From a virus (lineage: Duplodnaviria > Heunggongvirae > Uroviricota > Caudoviricetes), in the IMG/VR virus record IMGVR_UViG_2925891887_000006, positions 1 to 51,857 of that record: DNA of 51,857 nucleotides; one strand, given 5' to 3'. Of this stretch, positions 27,062 to 39,380 are shown piece after piece. The notes under the pieces are model-generated. The model was not told the DNA's origin and ran no database searches. It worked only from the letters and a program-made list of their open reading frames with translations. The position numbers and the translations under genes were made by a program. The stretch's first letter is position 1. Every line of letters begins with the position of its first letter.

Positions 27062-27513
27062 ATATCTGTGCAACAGGTAAGAGCATTGAACCCGCAGACC
27101 TCGCGGAATTGGTGAAAGGTGCCGCGCAGTGCTCTTATCGTTGTGGTGAAGCTCAATGGCGAGCTAGCAGATAGGCGACAGTGAAAATACTAGTCATGTA
27201 GCTGACCGCCGCGCGTACTGCAATCGGCAGCGCACCGATGGAAGCCGGTTCGATTCCGGCCGCCACAACCCAAACTGAGCCGTAGCCACTGGCTATCCTG
27301 AATTCATCAGTGATAGTTACGCTGCTGCCTTCTACACATGATCTTCGTGAAAGCGGGTGGCAGGAGGTCGCGCTAACAACCTCCTGCCGTTTTGCCCGTG
27401 CATATCGGTCACGAACAAATCTGATTACTAAACACAGTAGCCTGGATTTGTTCTATCAGTAATCGACCTTATTCCTAATTAAATAGAGCAAATCCCCTTA
27501 TTGGGGGTAAGAC

Positions 27514-27837
27514 ATGAAGATGCCAGAAAAACATGACCTGTTAGCCGCGATTCTCGCGGCAAAGGAACAAGGCATCGGGGCAATCCTTGCGTTTGCAATG
27601 GCGTACCTTCGCGGCAGATATAATGGCGGTGCGTTTACAAAAACAGTAATCGACGCAACGATGTGCGCCATTATCGCCTGGTTCATTCGTGACCTTCTCG
27701 ACTTCGCCGGACTAAGTAGCAATCTCGCTTATATAACGAGCGTGTTCATCGGCTACATCGGTACTGACTCGATTGGTTCGCTTATCAAACGCTTCGCTGC
27801 TAAAAAAGCCGGAGTAGAAGATGGTGGAAATCAATAA
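27514..27837 (+). CDS. S: Holin S (lambda type, dual-start MKM)
   Basis: 107 aa; near-identical to lambda S as recalled. Confidence 0.9.
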   Translation: MKMPEKHDLLAAILAAKEQGIGAILAFAMAYLRGRYNGGAFTKTVIDATMCAIIAWFIRDLLDFAGLSSNLAYITSVFIGYIGTDSIGSLIKRFAAKKAGVEDGGNQ

Positions 27838-28297
27838 TCAACGTAAGGCGTTCCTCGATATGCTGGCGTGGTCAGAGGGAACTGATAACGGACGACAGAA
27901 AACCAGAAATCATGGTTATGACGTCATTGTAGGCGGAGAGCTATTCACTGATTACTCCGATCACCCTCGCAAACTTGTCACGCTAAACCCAAAACTCAAA
28001 TCAACAGCAGCCGGACGTTACCAGCTTCTTTCCCGTTGGTGGGATGCCTATCGTAAGCAGCTTGGCCTGAAAGACTTCTCTCCGAAAAGCCAGGACGCTG
28101 TTGCGCTGCAGCAGATTAAAGAGCGTGGCGCTTTACCGATGATTGACCGCGGTGATATTCGTCAGGCAATTGACCGTTGCAGTAATATCTGGGCTTCACT
28201 TCCGGGGGCTGGTTATGGTCAGTTCGAGCATAAGGCTGACAGCCTGATTGCAAAATTCAAAGAGGCTGGCGGAACGGTCAGAGAGATTGATGTATGA
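27821..28297 (+). CDS. R: Endolysin R (lytic transglycosylase)
   Basis: 158 aa; lambda R-like. Confidence 0.9.
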   Translation: MVEINNQRKAFLDMLAWSEGTDNGRQKTRNHGYDVIVGGELFTDYSDHPRKLVTLNPKLKSTAAGRYQLLSRWWDAYRKQLGLKDFSPKSQDAVALQQIKERGALPMIDRGDIRQAIDRCSNIWASLPGAGYGQFEHKADSLIAKFKEAGGTVREIDV

Positions 28298-28731
28298 GCA
28301 GAGTAACCGCGATTATCTCTGCTCTGGTTATCTGCATCATCGTCTGCCTGTCATGGGCTGTTAATCATTACCGTGATAACGCCATGACCTACAAAGAGCA
28401 GCGCGATAAGGCCACATCCACAATCGCTGACATGCAGAAGCGTCAACGTGATGTAGCAGAACTTGACGCCAGATACACAAAGGAGCTTGCTGATGCTAAC
28501 GCGACTATCGAAAGCCTCCGTGCTGATGTTTCTGCTGGGCGTAAGCGCCTGCAAGTCGCCGCCACCTGTGCAAAGTCAACGACCGGAGCCAGCAGCATGG
28601 GCGATGGAGAAAGCCCAAGACTTACAGCAGATGCTGAACTCAATTATTACCGTCTCCGAAGTGGAATCGACAGGATAACCGCGCAGGTTAACTACCTGCA
28701 GGAGTACATCAGGACTCAGTGCCTGAAATAA
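28294..28731 (+). CDS. Rz: Rz i-spanin
   Basis: N-terminal TM then coiled coil; lambda Rz-like. Confidence 0.85.
   Translation: MSRVTAIISALVICIIVCLSWAVNHYRDNAMTYKEQRDKATSTIADMQKRQRDVAELDARYTKELADANATIESLRADVSAGRKRLQVAATCAKSTTGASSMGDGESPRLTADAELNYYRLRSGIDRITAQVNYLQEYIRTQCLK
28463..28678 (+). CDS. Rz1: Rz1 o-spanin lipoprotein, embedded in Rz in the +1 frame
   Basis: Lipobox-like LLGVSAC followed by a Pro-rich segment; start codon uncertain (28463 or 28493). Confidence 0.6.
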   Translation: MTPDTQRSLLMLTRLSKASVLMFLLGVSACKSPPPVQSQRPEPAAWAMEKAQDLQQMLNSIITVSEVESTG

Positions 28732-28896
28732 TTTTTTTGCAAATCACAAAGTCCATTTAATGAGCCTCGCGAAAAGCGGGGCTTTTTTATATCTGAATTT
28801 CACAGCGCATCTCACGCGCATATTAACGAGAGCCTTTCAGTAAGCGAGCCTGAGAAAAGCCGTTATAGGTGGCGACCTCTCTCGGGCGGCTTTTCT

Positions 28897-29451
28897 GTGA
28901 GACAGGCTCACTTTCTAAAAGGTAAAGACGCTATGAATCATCAATTGGCTAATCTCGATTTCCGGGACATGGTGGTTGTTTCTGGTGATCGCGTGATCAC
29001 AACCTCCCGCAAGGTAGCAGCTTACTTCGACAAGCAGCATCACCACATCATTCAGAAAATCGAAAAGCTAGACTGTTCGGATGAATTTCTAACCAGCAAC
29101 TTTTCGCGGGTTACCTATGAACACAAGGGTAATCAGTATGTTGAATATGAAATTTCCAAAGACGGCGCGATGTACATCATCATGTCGTTTACCGGCAAAA
29201 AAGCTGCCGCCATCAAAGAGGCGTTTATCAAAGCATTTAATTGGATGCGTGACAGGCTGATGGAGTTGGCTCACTCATACCAAAGAGAGCACAACGAGTT
29301 AATGCTGGAGTTCATGAAGGAAAAGGATGTTGCCAGTATGTCAGGACGCTTGCTGAACCGCTGGGGCAGGATCAAAAAACCGCAACTCATAGCAAGAATC
29401 GAAAGGCTTGAGCAGCAGGCGCAAATATCGATCCCCGGACTGCCAAAGTGA
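28897..29451 (+). CDS. Rha-family phage regulatory protein
   Basis: Rha-like N-terminal domain (DMVVVSGDRVITTSRKVAAYFDKQHHHI); probable start at internal Met MNHQ. Confidence 0.65.
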   Translation: MRQAHFLKGKDAMNHQLANLDFRDMVVVSGDRVITTSRKVAAYFDKQHHHIIQKIEKLDCSDEFLTSNFSRVTYEHKGNQYVEYEISKDGAMYIIMSFTGKKAAAIKEAFIKAFNWMRDRLMELAHSYQREHNELMLEFMKEKDVASMSGRLLNRWGRIKKPQLIARIERLEQQAQISIPGLPK

Positions 29452-29794
29452 CCATTCCAAAGCCCATCTACTGGTGGGCTTGATAATGAAACCGTGATTT
29501 ACATCCCTCACAATCCAGGTATGTAAAAGCTGGATCATGCGAGAACGGATTTAACTAAATCTGTGCGCCACCAGTTAACGGCAGTACCACGAAACAACCC
29601 AAGCCAGTAAGTGGGGAAATAACACTGGCAGCCACTGAAAGATGAACCTCCTGCCTTATGGCAAAAAAGATTCTTTGTGGTGGCGGACTGATGGAAAAAC
29701 ATCGGATAGAATCAAGCAGTGGCTAGGGTAGCTCCCGAAAAGCGGACTCGTCACCGCCTGCCACTGAATCTATGGCGAACAACTAGACGAGGTT

Positions 29795-30013
29795 GTGATG
29801 GATGATAACGGAAACCAATGGATCAATGTTGAACACCGACTACCAGAAAGCAAAGAAGGAATGTGGTCTAAAGAGGTTATAGCTCTTACTGATACTGGTG
29901 ACGTGTTCAAACTATCATGTATGGGCTCTTACTGGCAGAGAACCAAGGCATTCATCGATTCAGGAGCAAGCAAGGTTACACACTGGATGCCGCTTAATTA
30001 CCCAGATGATTAA
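29795..30013 (+). CDS. DUF551-like protein
   Basis: W..V..RLPE near the N-terminus and THWMPL near the C-terminus. Confidence 0.55.
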   Translation: MMDDNGNQWINVEHRLPESKEGMWSKEVIALTDTGDVFKLSCMGSYWQRTKAFIDSGASKVTHWMPLNYPDD

Positions 30014-30160
30014 AACGGATGAAAAATGAAAGGTCGCTCAGGCGGCCTTTTTTATTGCCATCACAAAAGCCATTCCTTACTGAGTGGCTTTGATAATGGC
30101 TTATACCCTACACGGGATAACTTAACTGATATCCCTTTTAACGGATAAACGGAGCCAACA

Positions 30161-30403
30161 ATGGCAGAGATTATTCCCATGACTGAAGAACAGAAATTCC
30201 AGTTAGAGATTTACAAACTGGTCATGAACCAGAACGCAGCCGCAGAGGAAGCATTTCAGTTCATTGGCACTGACGAACTGAAGCTTGAGCTATTCAAAAT
30301 TCACTTCCAGTCAGGCGGCGCTAATTCGGATATCACGATCCGCACATTCGAAGCAGTGCGTAAATCTAAGGAAGCGTTAGACCTGTTCACTACCGGAGCG
30401 TAA
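30161..30403 (+). CDS. Hypothetical protein
   Basis: 80-aa ORF. Confidence 0.45.
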   Translation: MAEIIPMTEEQKFQLEIYKLVMNQNAAAEEAFQFIGTDELKLELFKIHFQSGGANSDITIRTFEAVRKSKEALDLFTTGA

Positions 30404-30482
30404 ACATGGCAACTCAGGGCTTCGACAACCCATCCAAATTCCGCGATGAATGGGATAAGCAAGCAGAAGGGAAATAATCAAT

Positions 30483-30971
30483 ATGGCAGCACCAAAGGGC
30501 AACCGATTTTGGGAGGCCCGCAGTAGTCATGGGCGAAATCCTAAATTCGAATCGCCTGAGGCGCTGTGGGCTGCTTGTTGTGAATACTTCGAGTGGGCTG
30601 ATGATAACCCACTATGGGAGGGTAAGGTATTTTCATATCAGGGAGAAATAATTAAGGCTAATGTCCCTAAGATGCGAGCCATGACTATTTCAGGATTGTG
30701 TACCTTCCTTGATATCACCAGGCAAACATGGGGAACCTTCCGGTCAATGGAAGGTTTTTCTGACGTCACATCACGAGCGGAAGACATCATCTACGACCAG
30801 AAATTCTCTGGCGCAGCCGCTGACCTTCTCAACGCTAACATCATCGCCCGTGATTTGGGCCTCAAAGAGCAGTCGCAAGTTGAAGACGTGACACCTGATA
30901 AGGGAGATCGCGATAAGCGACGCTCTCGTATCAAGGAGCTATTCAACCGTGGAACTGGACGCGATTCTTGA
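30483..30971 (+). CDS. Terminase small subunit (P22 gp3-like)
   Basis: 162 aa; immediately precedes and overlaps the large terminase. Confidence 0.8.
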   Translation: MAAPKGNRFWEARSSHGRNPKFESPEALWAACCEYFEWADDNPLWEGKVFSYQGEIIKANVPKMRAMTISGLCTFLDITRQTWGTFRSMEGFSDVTSRAEDIIYDQKFSGAAADLLNANIIARDLGLKEQSQVEDVTPDKGDRDKRRSRIKELFNRGTGRDS

Positions 30972-32448
30972 TAACCTGAGCGACGAAGAGCAAATAGAAT
31001 TGCTCGAGCTACTCGAAGAAGAAGAGAACTACCGTAACACACACCTGCTATATGAATTTACGCCATACAGCAAACAGCGTGAGTTCATCGACGCCGGACA
31101 TGACTATCCAGAGCGATGTTTTATGGCTGGTAACCAGCTTGGTAAGTCATTTACTGGTGCTGCTGAAGTCGCGTTTCACCTTACAGGGCGTTATCCGGGA
31201 ACAAAAGGCTATCCTGCTGATGGTAAATATGGTGGGGAGTGGAAAGGTAAGCGTTTCTATGAGCCTGTTGTCTTCTGGATTGGCGGCGAGACAAACGAGA
31301 CTGTAACCAAAACGACTCAACGCATCCTGTGTGGTCGTATCGAAGAGAATGATGAGCCAGGCTACGGTTCCATACCTAAAGAAGACATCATTAGCTGGAA
31401 GAAGTCTCCTTTCTTTCCGAACCTTGTTGATCATCTTCTGGTTAAGCATCACACGGCTGATGGCGTTGAAGATGGCATTTCAATCTGCTACTTCAAGCCA
31501 TACTCGCAAGGCCGTGCTCGCTGGCAGGGTGACACAATCCACGGCGTGTGGTTTGACGAAGAGCCACCATACAGCATTTATGGCGAAGGTCTTACCCGTA
31601 CCAACAAATACGGGCAATTCTCAATTCTGACGTTTACCCCGCTGATGGGGATGTCTGACGTTGTTACCAAGTTCCTGAAGAATCCCAGCAAGTCGCAGAA
31701 AGTGGTCAACATGACCATCTATGACGCTGAGCACTACACCGAAGAGCAGAAAGAGCAAATCATCGCATCCTATCCTGAGCATGAGAGAGAGGCGCGTGCT
31801 CGCGGTATTCCTACGATGGGTAGCGGTCGAATCTTCCAGATACCGGAAGAGACGATTAAGTGTCAGCCGTTCGAGTGTCCTGATCACTTTTACGTAATTG
31901 GCGGGATGGATTTCGGATGGGATCACCCTCAGGCGCAGGTTCAGCTTTGGTGGGATAAGGACGCAGACACAATCTACGTTTCACGCGTGTGGAAGGCGAA
32001 AGAAAAAACAGCCGTTCAGGCGTGGGGAGCCGTTAAATCATGGGCGCATAAAGTGCCAACCGCATGGCCTCATGACGGAAACCAGCATGAGAAGGGCGGC
32101 GGTGAGCAGCTCAAAGGGCAGTATGCAGACGCTGGTTTTATGATGTTGCAGGAGCATGCGACATGGCCTGATGGCGGTAATGCTGTGGAGCCTGGCATCA
32201 CTGAATTGCGCGACATGATGCTCGATGGTCGCTTCAAAGTATTCAACACCTGTGAGCCATTCTTTGAGGAGTTCCGCCTCTATCACCGTGATGAAAACGG
32301 GAAGATCGTCAAGCTTAACGACGACGTTCTCTCAGCCGTTCGCTATGCATACATGATGCGCCGCTTCGCCAAAATGATGCGCGACATCAAAAAACCAAAA
32401 GAGAAAAAGATACCAGCCCCAATCAGGCCCATCGCACGGAGAACTTAA
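30949..32448 (+). CDS. Terminase large subunit (P22 gp2-like)
   Basis: 499 aa; ATPase and nuclease regions. Confidence 0.9.
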   Translation: MELDAILDNLSDEEQIELLELLEEEENYRNTHLLYEFTPYSKQREFIDAGHDYPERCFMAGNQLGKSFTGAAEVAFHLTGRYPGTKGYPADGKYGGEWKGKRFYEPVVFWIGGETNETVTKTTQRILCGRIEENDEPGYGSIPKEDIISWKKSPFFPNLVDHLLVKHHTADGVEDGISICYFKPYSQGRARWQGDTIHGVWFDEEPPYSIYGEGLTRTNKYGQFSILTFTPLMGMSDVVTKFLKNPSKSQKVVNMTIYDAEHYTEEQKEQIIASYPEHEREARARGIPTMGSGRIFQIPEETIKCQPFECPDHFYVIGGMDFGWDHPQAQVQLWWDKDADTIYVSRVWKAKEKTAVQAWGAVKSWAHKVPTAWPHDGNQHEKGGGEQLKGQYADAGFMMLQEHATWPDGGNAVEPGITELRDMMLDGRFKVFNTCEPFFEEFRLYHRDENGKIVKLNDDVLSAVRYAYMMRRFAKMMRDIKKPKEKKIPAPIRPIARRT

Positions 32449-34614
32449 ATGGCCGACGAAAACAGACTCAATTCCATTCTGTGTAAGTTTGACGCAGACT
32501 GGATGGCGAGCGATGAAGCCAGAACCGAGGCGACAAATGACCTGTTTTTTAGCCGAGTGTCGCAATGGGATGACTGGCTATCAAACTACACCACCCTGCA
32601 ATATCGCGGACAATTCGATGTTGTTCGCCCAGTGGTCAGGAAACTGGTCGCAGAGATGCGCCGGAACCCTATCGACGTTCTCTTCCGGCCCAAAGACGGC
32701 GCTAATCCTGATGCAGCCGATGTGTTGATGGGGATGTATCGTACTGATATGCGCCATAACACGGCAAAGATTGCCGTTAACGTTGGCGTTCGTGAGCAGA
32801 TAGAGTCCGGCGTTGGTGCATGGCGTCTGGTCACACAGTACGAAGACAACGATCCAACAAGCAACAATCAGGTAATCAGACGCCTGCCAATCCATGAGGC
32901 CTGCTCACACGTCATATGGGACGCCAACAGCAAGCAGATGGATAAGAGCGACGCTAAGCACTGCACGGTGATTAACGCCTTGTCACGCAATGGCTGGAAA
33001 GAGTTCGCAGAGGATTACGGTATTGATCCGGACACCTTGCCATCTTTCCAGAATCCGAACGACACATGGCTGTTTCCGTGGGTATCGAATGATGTCGTCT
33101 ACGTCGCTGAGTATTACGAGGTAGAAGAGAAGAAGGAGAAAGTCTTCATCTACCGCGACCCGCTGACAGGTGAGCCGGTCAGCTATTACCAGCAGGATAT
33201 CAAAGACGTCATCGACGACCTGGCTAATCGTGGATTCATTAAGGTAGCAGAGCGCAAGGTGAAGCGTCGGCGTGTGTATAAGTCGATCATCACCTGCACG
33301 CAGATACTGAAAGACCGCGAGAAGATAGCTGGAGAGCATATCCCAATCGTTCCAGTGTATGGCGAATGGTCATTCGCTGGTGACAAGGAGTGCTACGAAG
33401 GAGTGGTAAGGCTGACGAAAGACGGTCAGCGCCTTCGTAACATGATCATGTCATTCAACGCCGATATTGTTGGTCGTTCACCGAAGAAGAAACCGACCTT
33501 CTTCCCTGAGCAAATCGAAGGCTACGAATACATGTACGGTGGAAATGATGACTATCCGTACTATCTCCAGAACAGGACTGATGAAAACGGTAACGACCTG
33601 CCGATTGGTCCAATCTCCTACATGGAAAACCCTGAAGTGCCGCAAGCCAACGCTTACATGCTTGAGGCTGCCACCAACGCAGTGAAAGAGGTGGCTAGTC
33701 TTGGCGTGGATGCACAGGCAGCAAACTCTCAGGTCTCTTTCGATACCGTCAATCAACTGAACATGCGGTCAGACCTTGAGACATACGTGTTTCAGGATAA
33801 CCTGGCTACCGCAATGCGGCGTGATGGCGAGATTTATGCCTCAATGGTCAATGATATTTATGACATCCCTCGTCATGTAACGCTGACACTTGAAGATGGA
33901 AGCGAGAAAGACGTTCAACTCTACGCGCAAGTTGTCGATTACCAGTCCGGTAATGTGGTCACACTCAACGACATTCGCGGTCGCTACGAGTGCTATATAG
34001 GAGTTGGACCATCCTTCCAGAGCATGAAGGAACAGAACCGCGCAGAGATTCAGGAGTTACTCACCAAGGTTCCGCAAGGTACTCCAGAGTTCCAGATGCT
34101 GATGCTGCAATACTTCACGCTGCTTGACGGTAAAGGCGTCGAGATGATGCGAGAGTATGCGAACAAGCAACTGGTGATGATGGGGCTGAAGAAACCAGAA
34201 ACACCTGAAGAGATGGAGATGGTGCAGCAGGCACAACAACAGCCGCAGCAGCCATCAGCAGAGCAAATTCAGGCGCAGGGTATCCTTCTGCAAGGTCAGG
34301 CTGAATTGCTCAAGGCAGAGAACCAACAGGCGCAGATTCAGGTTGAAGCTGCCAAGGTTGAAGCCCAAAACCAACTCAACGCCGCGAAGATTGCAGAAAT
34401 CTTCAACAATATGGACCTCGACAAGCAGGCAGAACTGCGTGAGTACCTCAAGCTCGTAGGTCAATTCCAGCAACAGCGCAGCAAAGATGCTCGTGCTAAC
34501 GCTGAGCTGCTTCTTAAAGATGCAGACCAGACTCATTCACAACGCATGGATTTCGCGAATCTTATGCGTCAAGTTCAAATCCCCTCCGGCGGAGTAGCCG
34601 AGACACCTCAATAA
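32449..34614 (+). CDS. Portal protein (P22 gp1-like)
   Basis: 721 aa; long stretches match the P22 portal as recalled. Confidence 0.9.
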   Translation: MADENRLNSILCKFDADWMASDEARTEATNDLFFSRVSQWDDWLSNYTTLQYRGQFDVVRPVVRKLVAEMRRNPIDVLFRPKDGANPDAADVLMGMYRTDMRHNTAKIAVNVGVREQIESGVGAWRLVTQYEDNDPTSNNQVIRRLPIHEACSHVIWDANSKQMDKSDAKHCTVINALSRNGWKEFAEDYGIDPDTLPSFQNPNDTWLFPWVSNDVVYVAEYYEVEEKKEKVFIYRDPLTGEPVSYYQQDIKDVIDDLANRGFIKVAERKVKRRRVYKSIITCTQILKDREKIAGEHIPIVPVYGEWSFAGDKECYEGVVRLTKDGQRLRNMIMSFNADIVGRSPKKKPTFFPEQIEGYEYMYGGNDDYPYYLQNRTDENGNDLPIGPISYMENPEVPQANAYMLEAATNAVKEVASLGVDAQAANSQVSFDTVNQLNMRSDLETYVFQDNLATAMRRDGEIYASMVNDIYDIPRHVTLTLEDGSEKDVQLYAQVVDYQSGNVVTLNDIRGRYECYIGVGPSFQSMKEQNRAEIQELLTKVPQGTPEFQMLMLQYFTLLDGKGVEMMREYANKQLVMMGLKKPETPEEMEMVQQAQQQPQQPSAEQIQAQGILLQGQAELLKAENQQAQIQVEAAKVEAQNQLNAAKIAEIFNNMDLDKQAELREYLKLVGQFQQQRSKDARANAELLLKDADQTHSQRMDFANLMRQVQIPSGGVAETPQ

Positions 34615-34627
34615 GAGAGAGTTAATC

Positions 34628-35539
34628 ATGGAACAAACCACCGACATTCAGGCTTCTGAAGAATTAACCCTGCCCGGCAATCATGCAGCGGCATCTGTTG
34701 ATGGCTTAGTTGTCGATAATGCCAACGACAACGCAGGTCAGGAAGAAGGCTTCGAGATTGTCCTGAAAGACGATGAGAAACCAAAACAAGACCCGGCAAC
34801 TAATGCTGAATTTGCCCGTCGCCGCATAGAACGCAAACGCCAGCGTGAGCTTGAGCAGCAGATGGAAGCGGTTAAGCGTGGAGAGTTGCCGGAGCACCTG
34901 CGGGTGAACCCTGAGTTACCAAAACAACCAGACCCTAACGATTATCTTTCCGAAGATGCACTGGCTAAGTACGACTATGACCAGAGCCGCGCCCTGGCTG
35001 CCTTCCAGCAGGCAAACAGTGAATGGCAGATCAAGGCTATGGACGCACGAAGCCAGGCTGTAGCCGAGCAGGGCCGCAAAACTCAGGAGTTCACCCAGCA
35101 ATCAGCGCAATACGTCGAGGCAGCCCGTAAGCACTACGACGCAGCGGAAAAGCTCAATATCCCTGACTATCAGGAGAAAGAGGATGCATTCATGCAACTG
35201 GTGCCGCCAGCAGTCGGTGCCGACATCATGCGCCTCTTCCCGGAGAAATCCGCTGCTCTCATGTATCACCTTGGTGCTAATCCTGAGAAAACACGCCAGT
35301 TGCTGGCGATGGACGGGCAATCCGCGCTGATTGAACTCACTCGACTGTCAGAACGTTTAACTCTCAAGCCTCGAGCCAAGCCTGTTTCAGAAGCCCCGTT
35401 ACCTGATGAACCCATTCAGGGACACGCTGTTGCTGCAAATATCTCTGCGATTGAAAAGCAGATGGAAGCGGCAGCAAACAAAGGGGATGTAGAGACATAC
35501 CGCAAGCTCAAGGCGCAACTGAATAAAGGAATTCGATAA
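34628..35539 (+). CDS. Scaffolding protein (P22 gp8-like)
   Basis: 303 aa, charged and helical; between portal and coat. Confidence 0.8.
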   Translation: MEQTTDIQASEELTLPGNHAAASVDGLVVDNANDNAGQEEGFEIVLKDDEKPKQDPATNAEFARRRIERKRQRELEQQMEAVKRGELPEHLRVNPELPKQPDPNDYLSEDALAKYDYDQSRALAAFQQANSEWQIKAMDARSQAVAEQGRKTQEFTQQSAQYVEAARKHYDAAEKLNIPDYQEKEDAFMQLVPPAVGADIMRLFPEKSAALMYHLGANPEKTRQLLAMDGQSALIELTRLSERLTLKPRAKPVSEAPLPDEPIQGHAVAANISAIEKQMEAAANKGDVETYRKLKAQLNKGIR

Positions 35540-36834
35540 TGGCATTAAATGAAGGTCAACTGGTCACGTATGCTCTGGATGAAATCATCGAAACCATCCA
35601 GAACCTGACGCCAATGGCGTCCAAAGTGACAAAATACACCCCTCCGGCAGAATCCATGCAGCGTTCAAGCAACACCGTGTGGATGCCTGTTGAGCAGGAA
35701 GCGCCAACCCAGACTGGCTGGGATTTAACTGGCAACGCAACAGGGATTCTGGAACTCTCCGTGAAATGCAACATGGGCGATCCGGATAACGATTTCTTCG
35801 AGCTTCGTGCAGATGACCTGCGTGATGAGCGTTCTTACCGTCGCCGCATCCAGGCATCCGCCAAAAAACTGGCGAATAACATTGAGTCAGCGATTGCCAA
35901 ACAGGCAACTGAAATGGGCTCGCTTGTTGTTCACGATACCCGCGCAATTGGTCCATCTACTGGACTGTCTGGCTGGGATTTTGTGTCTGATGCAGAGCGC
36001 CTGATGTTCTCCCGTGAGCTAAACCGCGATATGGGCATCAGTTACTTCCTGAACCCTGACGATTACCGCAAAGCAGGACGCAACCTGGTAGATGGTGACA
36101 TCTTCGGGCGCGTTCCTGAAGAAGCGTATCGCAACGGTACCATTCAGCGTCAGATTGCTGGCTTTGATGAAATTCTTCGCTCACCGAAACTTCCGGCTGT
36201 TACCAAGTCAACCGCTACTGGTGTAACTGTTTCTGGTGCGCAGAAGTTTAAGCCGCAGGCATACACCCTTGATACCGATAGTAACAAAGAGAACGTCGAT
36301 AACCGTGTTGCAACGGTGACCGTATCCTCCACCACCGGGTTTAAGCGCGGCGACAAAATCAGCTTCACTGGTGTGAAATTCCTGTCTCAGATGGCGAAGA
36401 ACGTGCTGACTGATGATGCGACTTTCTCAATCACCCGTGTGATCGATGGTACTCACATCGAAATCACGCCGAAGCCGATTGCGCTTGATGACGCGTCACT
36501 GACAAAAGAAGAGAAGGCTTACGCTAATGTAAACACCTCTCTTGCTGATACCACTCCGGTAAACGTTCTGAACGTGGCAACAACCACCGCTAACGTGTTC
36601 TGGGCTGATGACTCAATCCGCCTGCTGTCTCAACCGATCCCGGTAACCCATGAACTGTTTGCTGGCATGAAAACGTCTTCCTTCAGCATTCCTGGTATTG
36701 GTGTTAACGGCATCTTCGCAACGCAGGGTGATATCAACACTCTGTCTGGTAAGTGCCGTATTGCTGTGTGGTATTCAGCATGTGCTGTACGACCAGAGGC
36801 AATTGGTGTTGGTCTGCCTAACCAGACCGCGTGA
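35539..36834 (+). CDS. Major coat protein (P22 gp5-like)
   Basis: 431 aa; matches P22 coat as recalled. Confidence 0.9.
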   Translation: MALNEGQLVTYALDEIIETIQNLTPMASKVTKYTPPAESMQRSSNTVWMPVEQEAPTQTGWDLTGNATGILELSVKCNMGDPDNDFFELRADDLRDERSYRRRIQASAKKLANNIESAIAKQATEMGSLVVHDTRAIGPSTGLSGWDFVSDAERLMFSRELNRDMGISYFLNPDDYRKAGRNLVDGDIFGRVPEEAYRNGTIQRQIAGFDEILRSPKLPAVTKSTATGVTVSGAQKFKPQAYTLDTDSNKENVDNRVATVTVSSTTGFKRGDKISFTGVKFLSQMAKNVLTDDATFSITRVIDGTHIEITPKPIALDDASLTKEEKAYANVNTSLADTTPVNVLNVATTTANVFWADDSIRLLSQPIPVTHELFAGMKTSSFSIPGIGVNGIFATQGDINTLSGKCRIAVWYSACAVRPEAIGVGLPNQTA

Positions 36835-36842
36835 TAACCAGA

Positions 36843-36866
36843 GGGAGCTTAGGCTCCCTTTTCTAT
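36843..36866 (+). terminator. Intrinsic terminator after the coat gene
   Basis: GGGAGC-TTAG-GCTCCC followed by TTTTCTATT. Confidence 0.65.
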
Positions 36867-36877
36867 TGGAGATACCA

Positions 36878-37483
36878 ATGAGCATAATGATTTTTCAGGC
36901 TGGCGGAGATACCAAAATCTGGGGGCGCAAGCTGAAAACGAAAACCGTTGATCCTGATGATGTAGCTGTGCACTTAGCAAATGGCTGGTATAAGCACCCT
37001 GACGATGTTCCTGATGCTCCTCTTGTTGGTGATCAAATTGGGAGTGTTGGCGGAGGTGAAACTTCCCCAGTTGATATGGGCGAAGTGTCCGACGGTTATC
37101 ACACTTTTAACGAGCTTTACGCTCACCGAGTGCGCCTCTTCTCATCGCTGATGCATGCTTACGCTGAGCTTTCGTGGTGGTCTCGCAAACACAGTGACGG
37201 TGAAGAGTGGGATGGCTGGATCATTGCTGGTATCACCACTCCAGAAGGCGAAATCACTTATCACCTACCTGTTGAAGAAATCGAGTTCCTTCCTGAAGGT
37301 ACTGAGCTTGAGTTCGGGAAAGAGTGGGATGGTCATGAAGCAAATGATGTTCTTGGACGACTCCTGAGTTTGCGTCCGGCTATTGCAGAGCCAGAGCCAG
37401 AGCCAGAGCCAGAAGAAAAACAGCGTAAAAAGCCTGGTCGAAAACCTAAGGCGGCAGCAGATGAACCTGACAACGAAGGGTGA
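36878..37483 (+). CDS. Hypothetical acidic protein with (EP)n repeat tail, post-coat moron
   Basis: Start at Met [10 protein letters not shown] after the terminator; GAGCCA x4 hexamer repeat at 37388..37411. Confidence 0.5.
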   Translation: MSIMIFQAGGDTKIWGRKLKTKTVDPDDVAVHLANGWYKHPDDVPDAPLVGDQIGSVGGGETSPVDMGEVSDGYHTFNELYAHRVRLFSSLMHAYAELSWWSRKHSDGEEWDGWIIAGITTPEGEITYHLPVEEIEFLPEGTELEFGKEWDGHEANDVLGRLLSLRPAIAEPEPEPEPEEKQRKKPGRKPKAAADEPDNEG

Positions 37484-37961
37484 TTTAGTCCTTGCGGCAT
37501 TACGTAAGCTCGGTGTGGCATCAAATGCCACGTTAACAGATGTCGAACCGCAGTCTATGGAAGACGGCGTCAACGACCTTGAAATGATGATGGCTGAATG
37601 GCTTGGCGGTGATGCGTCACCTGGTATCAACGTTGGCTACATTTTTGCTGATGCAGATGTCGCTCCGGATCCGGGCGATGAGCACGGTTTATCAAATAAC
37701 GCTATCAATGCCGTCATTTTTAACCTTGCCTGCCGCATTGCTCCAGATTATGCGCTGGAAGCGTCTGCAAAACTTATAACCACTGCCAGATACGGGAAAG
37801 AGCGACTCGTCAAACTGTCTGCAATGGACAGAGCAAAAGCCGCTAAATGTAAGTCCGGTTATCCAAACCGTATGCCTGTCGGTAGCGGTAACCAGTTGGC
37901 GAAGTGGAATGGTTGGAATTACTTCCACCGGAAGGAACCTTGCGATAACGGGGGCGAATAA
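37461..37961 (+). CDS. Head-completion/tail accessory protein (P22 gp4-like)
   Basis: 166 aa from internal ATG ([10 protein letters not shown]...); matches gp4 as recalled. Confidence 0.8.
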   Translation: MNLTTKGDLVLAALRKLGVASNATLTDVEPQSMEDGVNDLEMMMAEWLGGDASPGINVGYIFADADVAPDPGDEHGLSNNAINAVIFNLACRIAPDYALEASAKLITTARYGKERLVKLSAMDRAKAAKCKSGYPNRMPVGSGNQLAKWNGWNYFHRKEPCDNGGE

Positions 37962-39380
37962 ATGCCTATTCAGCAACTTCCGCTTATGAAAGGTGTCGGC
38001 AAAGACTTCCGAAATGCCGACTATATCGACTATCTGCCAGTGAATATGCTGGCTACACCCAAAGAAATCCTGAACAGCAGCGGATATCTTCGCTCATTCC
38101 CGGGCATTGCCAAACGTTCTGATGTGAACGGTATATCGCGCGGCGTCGAGTACAACATGGCGCAGAGTGCTGTTTATCGCGTGTGTGGTGGCAAGCTGTA
38201 TAAGGGCGAAAGTGAAGTCGGTGATGTTGCCGGAAGTGGTCGTGTATCAATGGCGCATGGTCGGACATCTCAGGCTGTAGGCGTTAATGGTCAACTGGTC
38301 GAGTATCGCTATGATGGCACGGTTAAAACCGTCTCAAACTGGCCTACAGACAGCGGATTCACGCAGTATGAGTTAGGCTCAGTCCGTGACATTACGCGTT
38401 TACGTGGGCGTTATGCGTGGTCAAAAGACGGCACTGATTCATGGTTCATCACTGACCTTGAAGACGAATCGCATCCTGACCGCTACAGCGCACAATATCG
38501 CGCAGAATCGCAGCCGGACGGCATCATCGGAATCGGAACATGGCGAGACTTCATCGTCTGCTTTGGTTCATCGACGATTGAATATTTTTCCCTGACAGGT
38601 GCAACCACCGTTGGTGCCGCTTTGTATGTCGCCCAGCCATCACTGATGGTGCAGAAAGGCATTGCCGGAACCTACTGCAAAACGCCGTTTGCTGACTCGT
38701 ATGCGTTCATCAGCAATCCGGCAACAGGCGCGCCGTCTGTGTACGTCATCGGCTCCGGTCAGGTATCACCAATCTCCAGCGCGAGCATTGAGAAAATCCT
38801 CCGCTCCTACACTGCTGATGAACTGGCTGATGGCGTGATGGAGTCTCTGCGATTTGATGCGCATGAGCTGCTGATTATCCACCTTCCTCGCCATGTTCTC
38901 GTGTACGACGCATCTTCAAGCGCCAATGGTCCGCAATGGTGCGTACTGAAAACAGGACTGTATGACGATGTGTACCGCGCTATCGACTTCATTTACGAAG
39001 GCAATCAGATAACGTGCGGCGATAAGCTGGAATCGGTGACCGGGAAATTGCAGTTCGACATCAGCAGCCAGTACGACAAGCAACAGGAACACCTTCTGTT
39101 TACTCCACTGTTCAAAGCGGATAACGCCAGAGTTTTCGACCTTGAAGTTGAATCTTCAACTGGCGTTGCGCAGTACGCCGACCGCCTGTTCCTCTCTGCA
39201 ACCACTGACGGCATAAATTACGGGCGTGAGCAGATGATTGAGCAGAATGAACCGTTCGTTTACGACAAACGCGTTTTGTGGAAGCGAGTAGGGCGCATCA
39301 GGAAAAATGTTGGCTTCAAATTGCGCGTTATCACGAAGTCACCTGTCACTCTGTCTGGTGCTCAGATAAGGATTGAGTAA
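37962..39380 (+). CDS. Tail accessory protein (P22 gp10-like)
   Basis: 472 aa; near-identical to gp10 as recalled. Confidence 0.9.
   Translation: MPIQQLPLMKGVGKDFRNADYIDYLPVNMLATPKEILNSSGYLRSFPGIAKRSDVNGISRGVEYNMAQSAVYRVCGGKLYKGESEVGDVAGSGRVSMAHGRTSQAVGVNGQLVEYRYDGTVKTVSNWPTDSGFTQYELGSVRDITRLRGRYAWSKDGTDSWFITDLEDESHPDRYSAQYRAESQPDGIIGIGTWRDFIVCFGSSTIEYFSLTGATTVGAALYVAQPSLMVQKGIAGTYCKTPFADSYAFISNPATGAPSVYVIGSGQVSPISSASIEKILRSYTADELADGVMESLRFDAHELLIIHLPRHVLVYDASSSANGPQWCVLKTGLYDDVYRAIDFIYEGNQITCGDKLESVTGKLQFDISSQYDKQQEHLLFTPLFKADNARVFDLEVESSTGVAQYADRLFLSATTDGINYGREQMIEQNEPFVYDKRVLWKRVGRIRKNVGFKLRVITKSPVTLSGAQIRIE

Noticed and set aside
26944-27156. 70-aa minus-strand ORF in the tR' region
   Set aside because: It overlaps the tR' terminator hairpin in a lambda-like non-coding late leader.
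27142-27271. Full-length tRNA gene between tR' and S
   Set aside because: The T-arm, acceptor 3' strand and an anticodon-like stem fold, but the 5' acceptor strand and D-arm cannot be placed at tRNA-compatible distances and U33/R37 are missing. Reported only as a tRNA-like fragment.
33467-34536. Several minus-strand ORFs inside the portal gene
   Set aside because: Antisense to a strongly supported P22-like portal gene.
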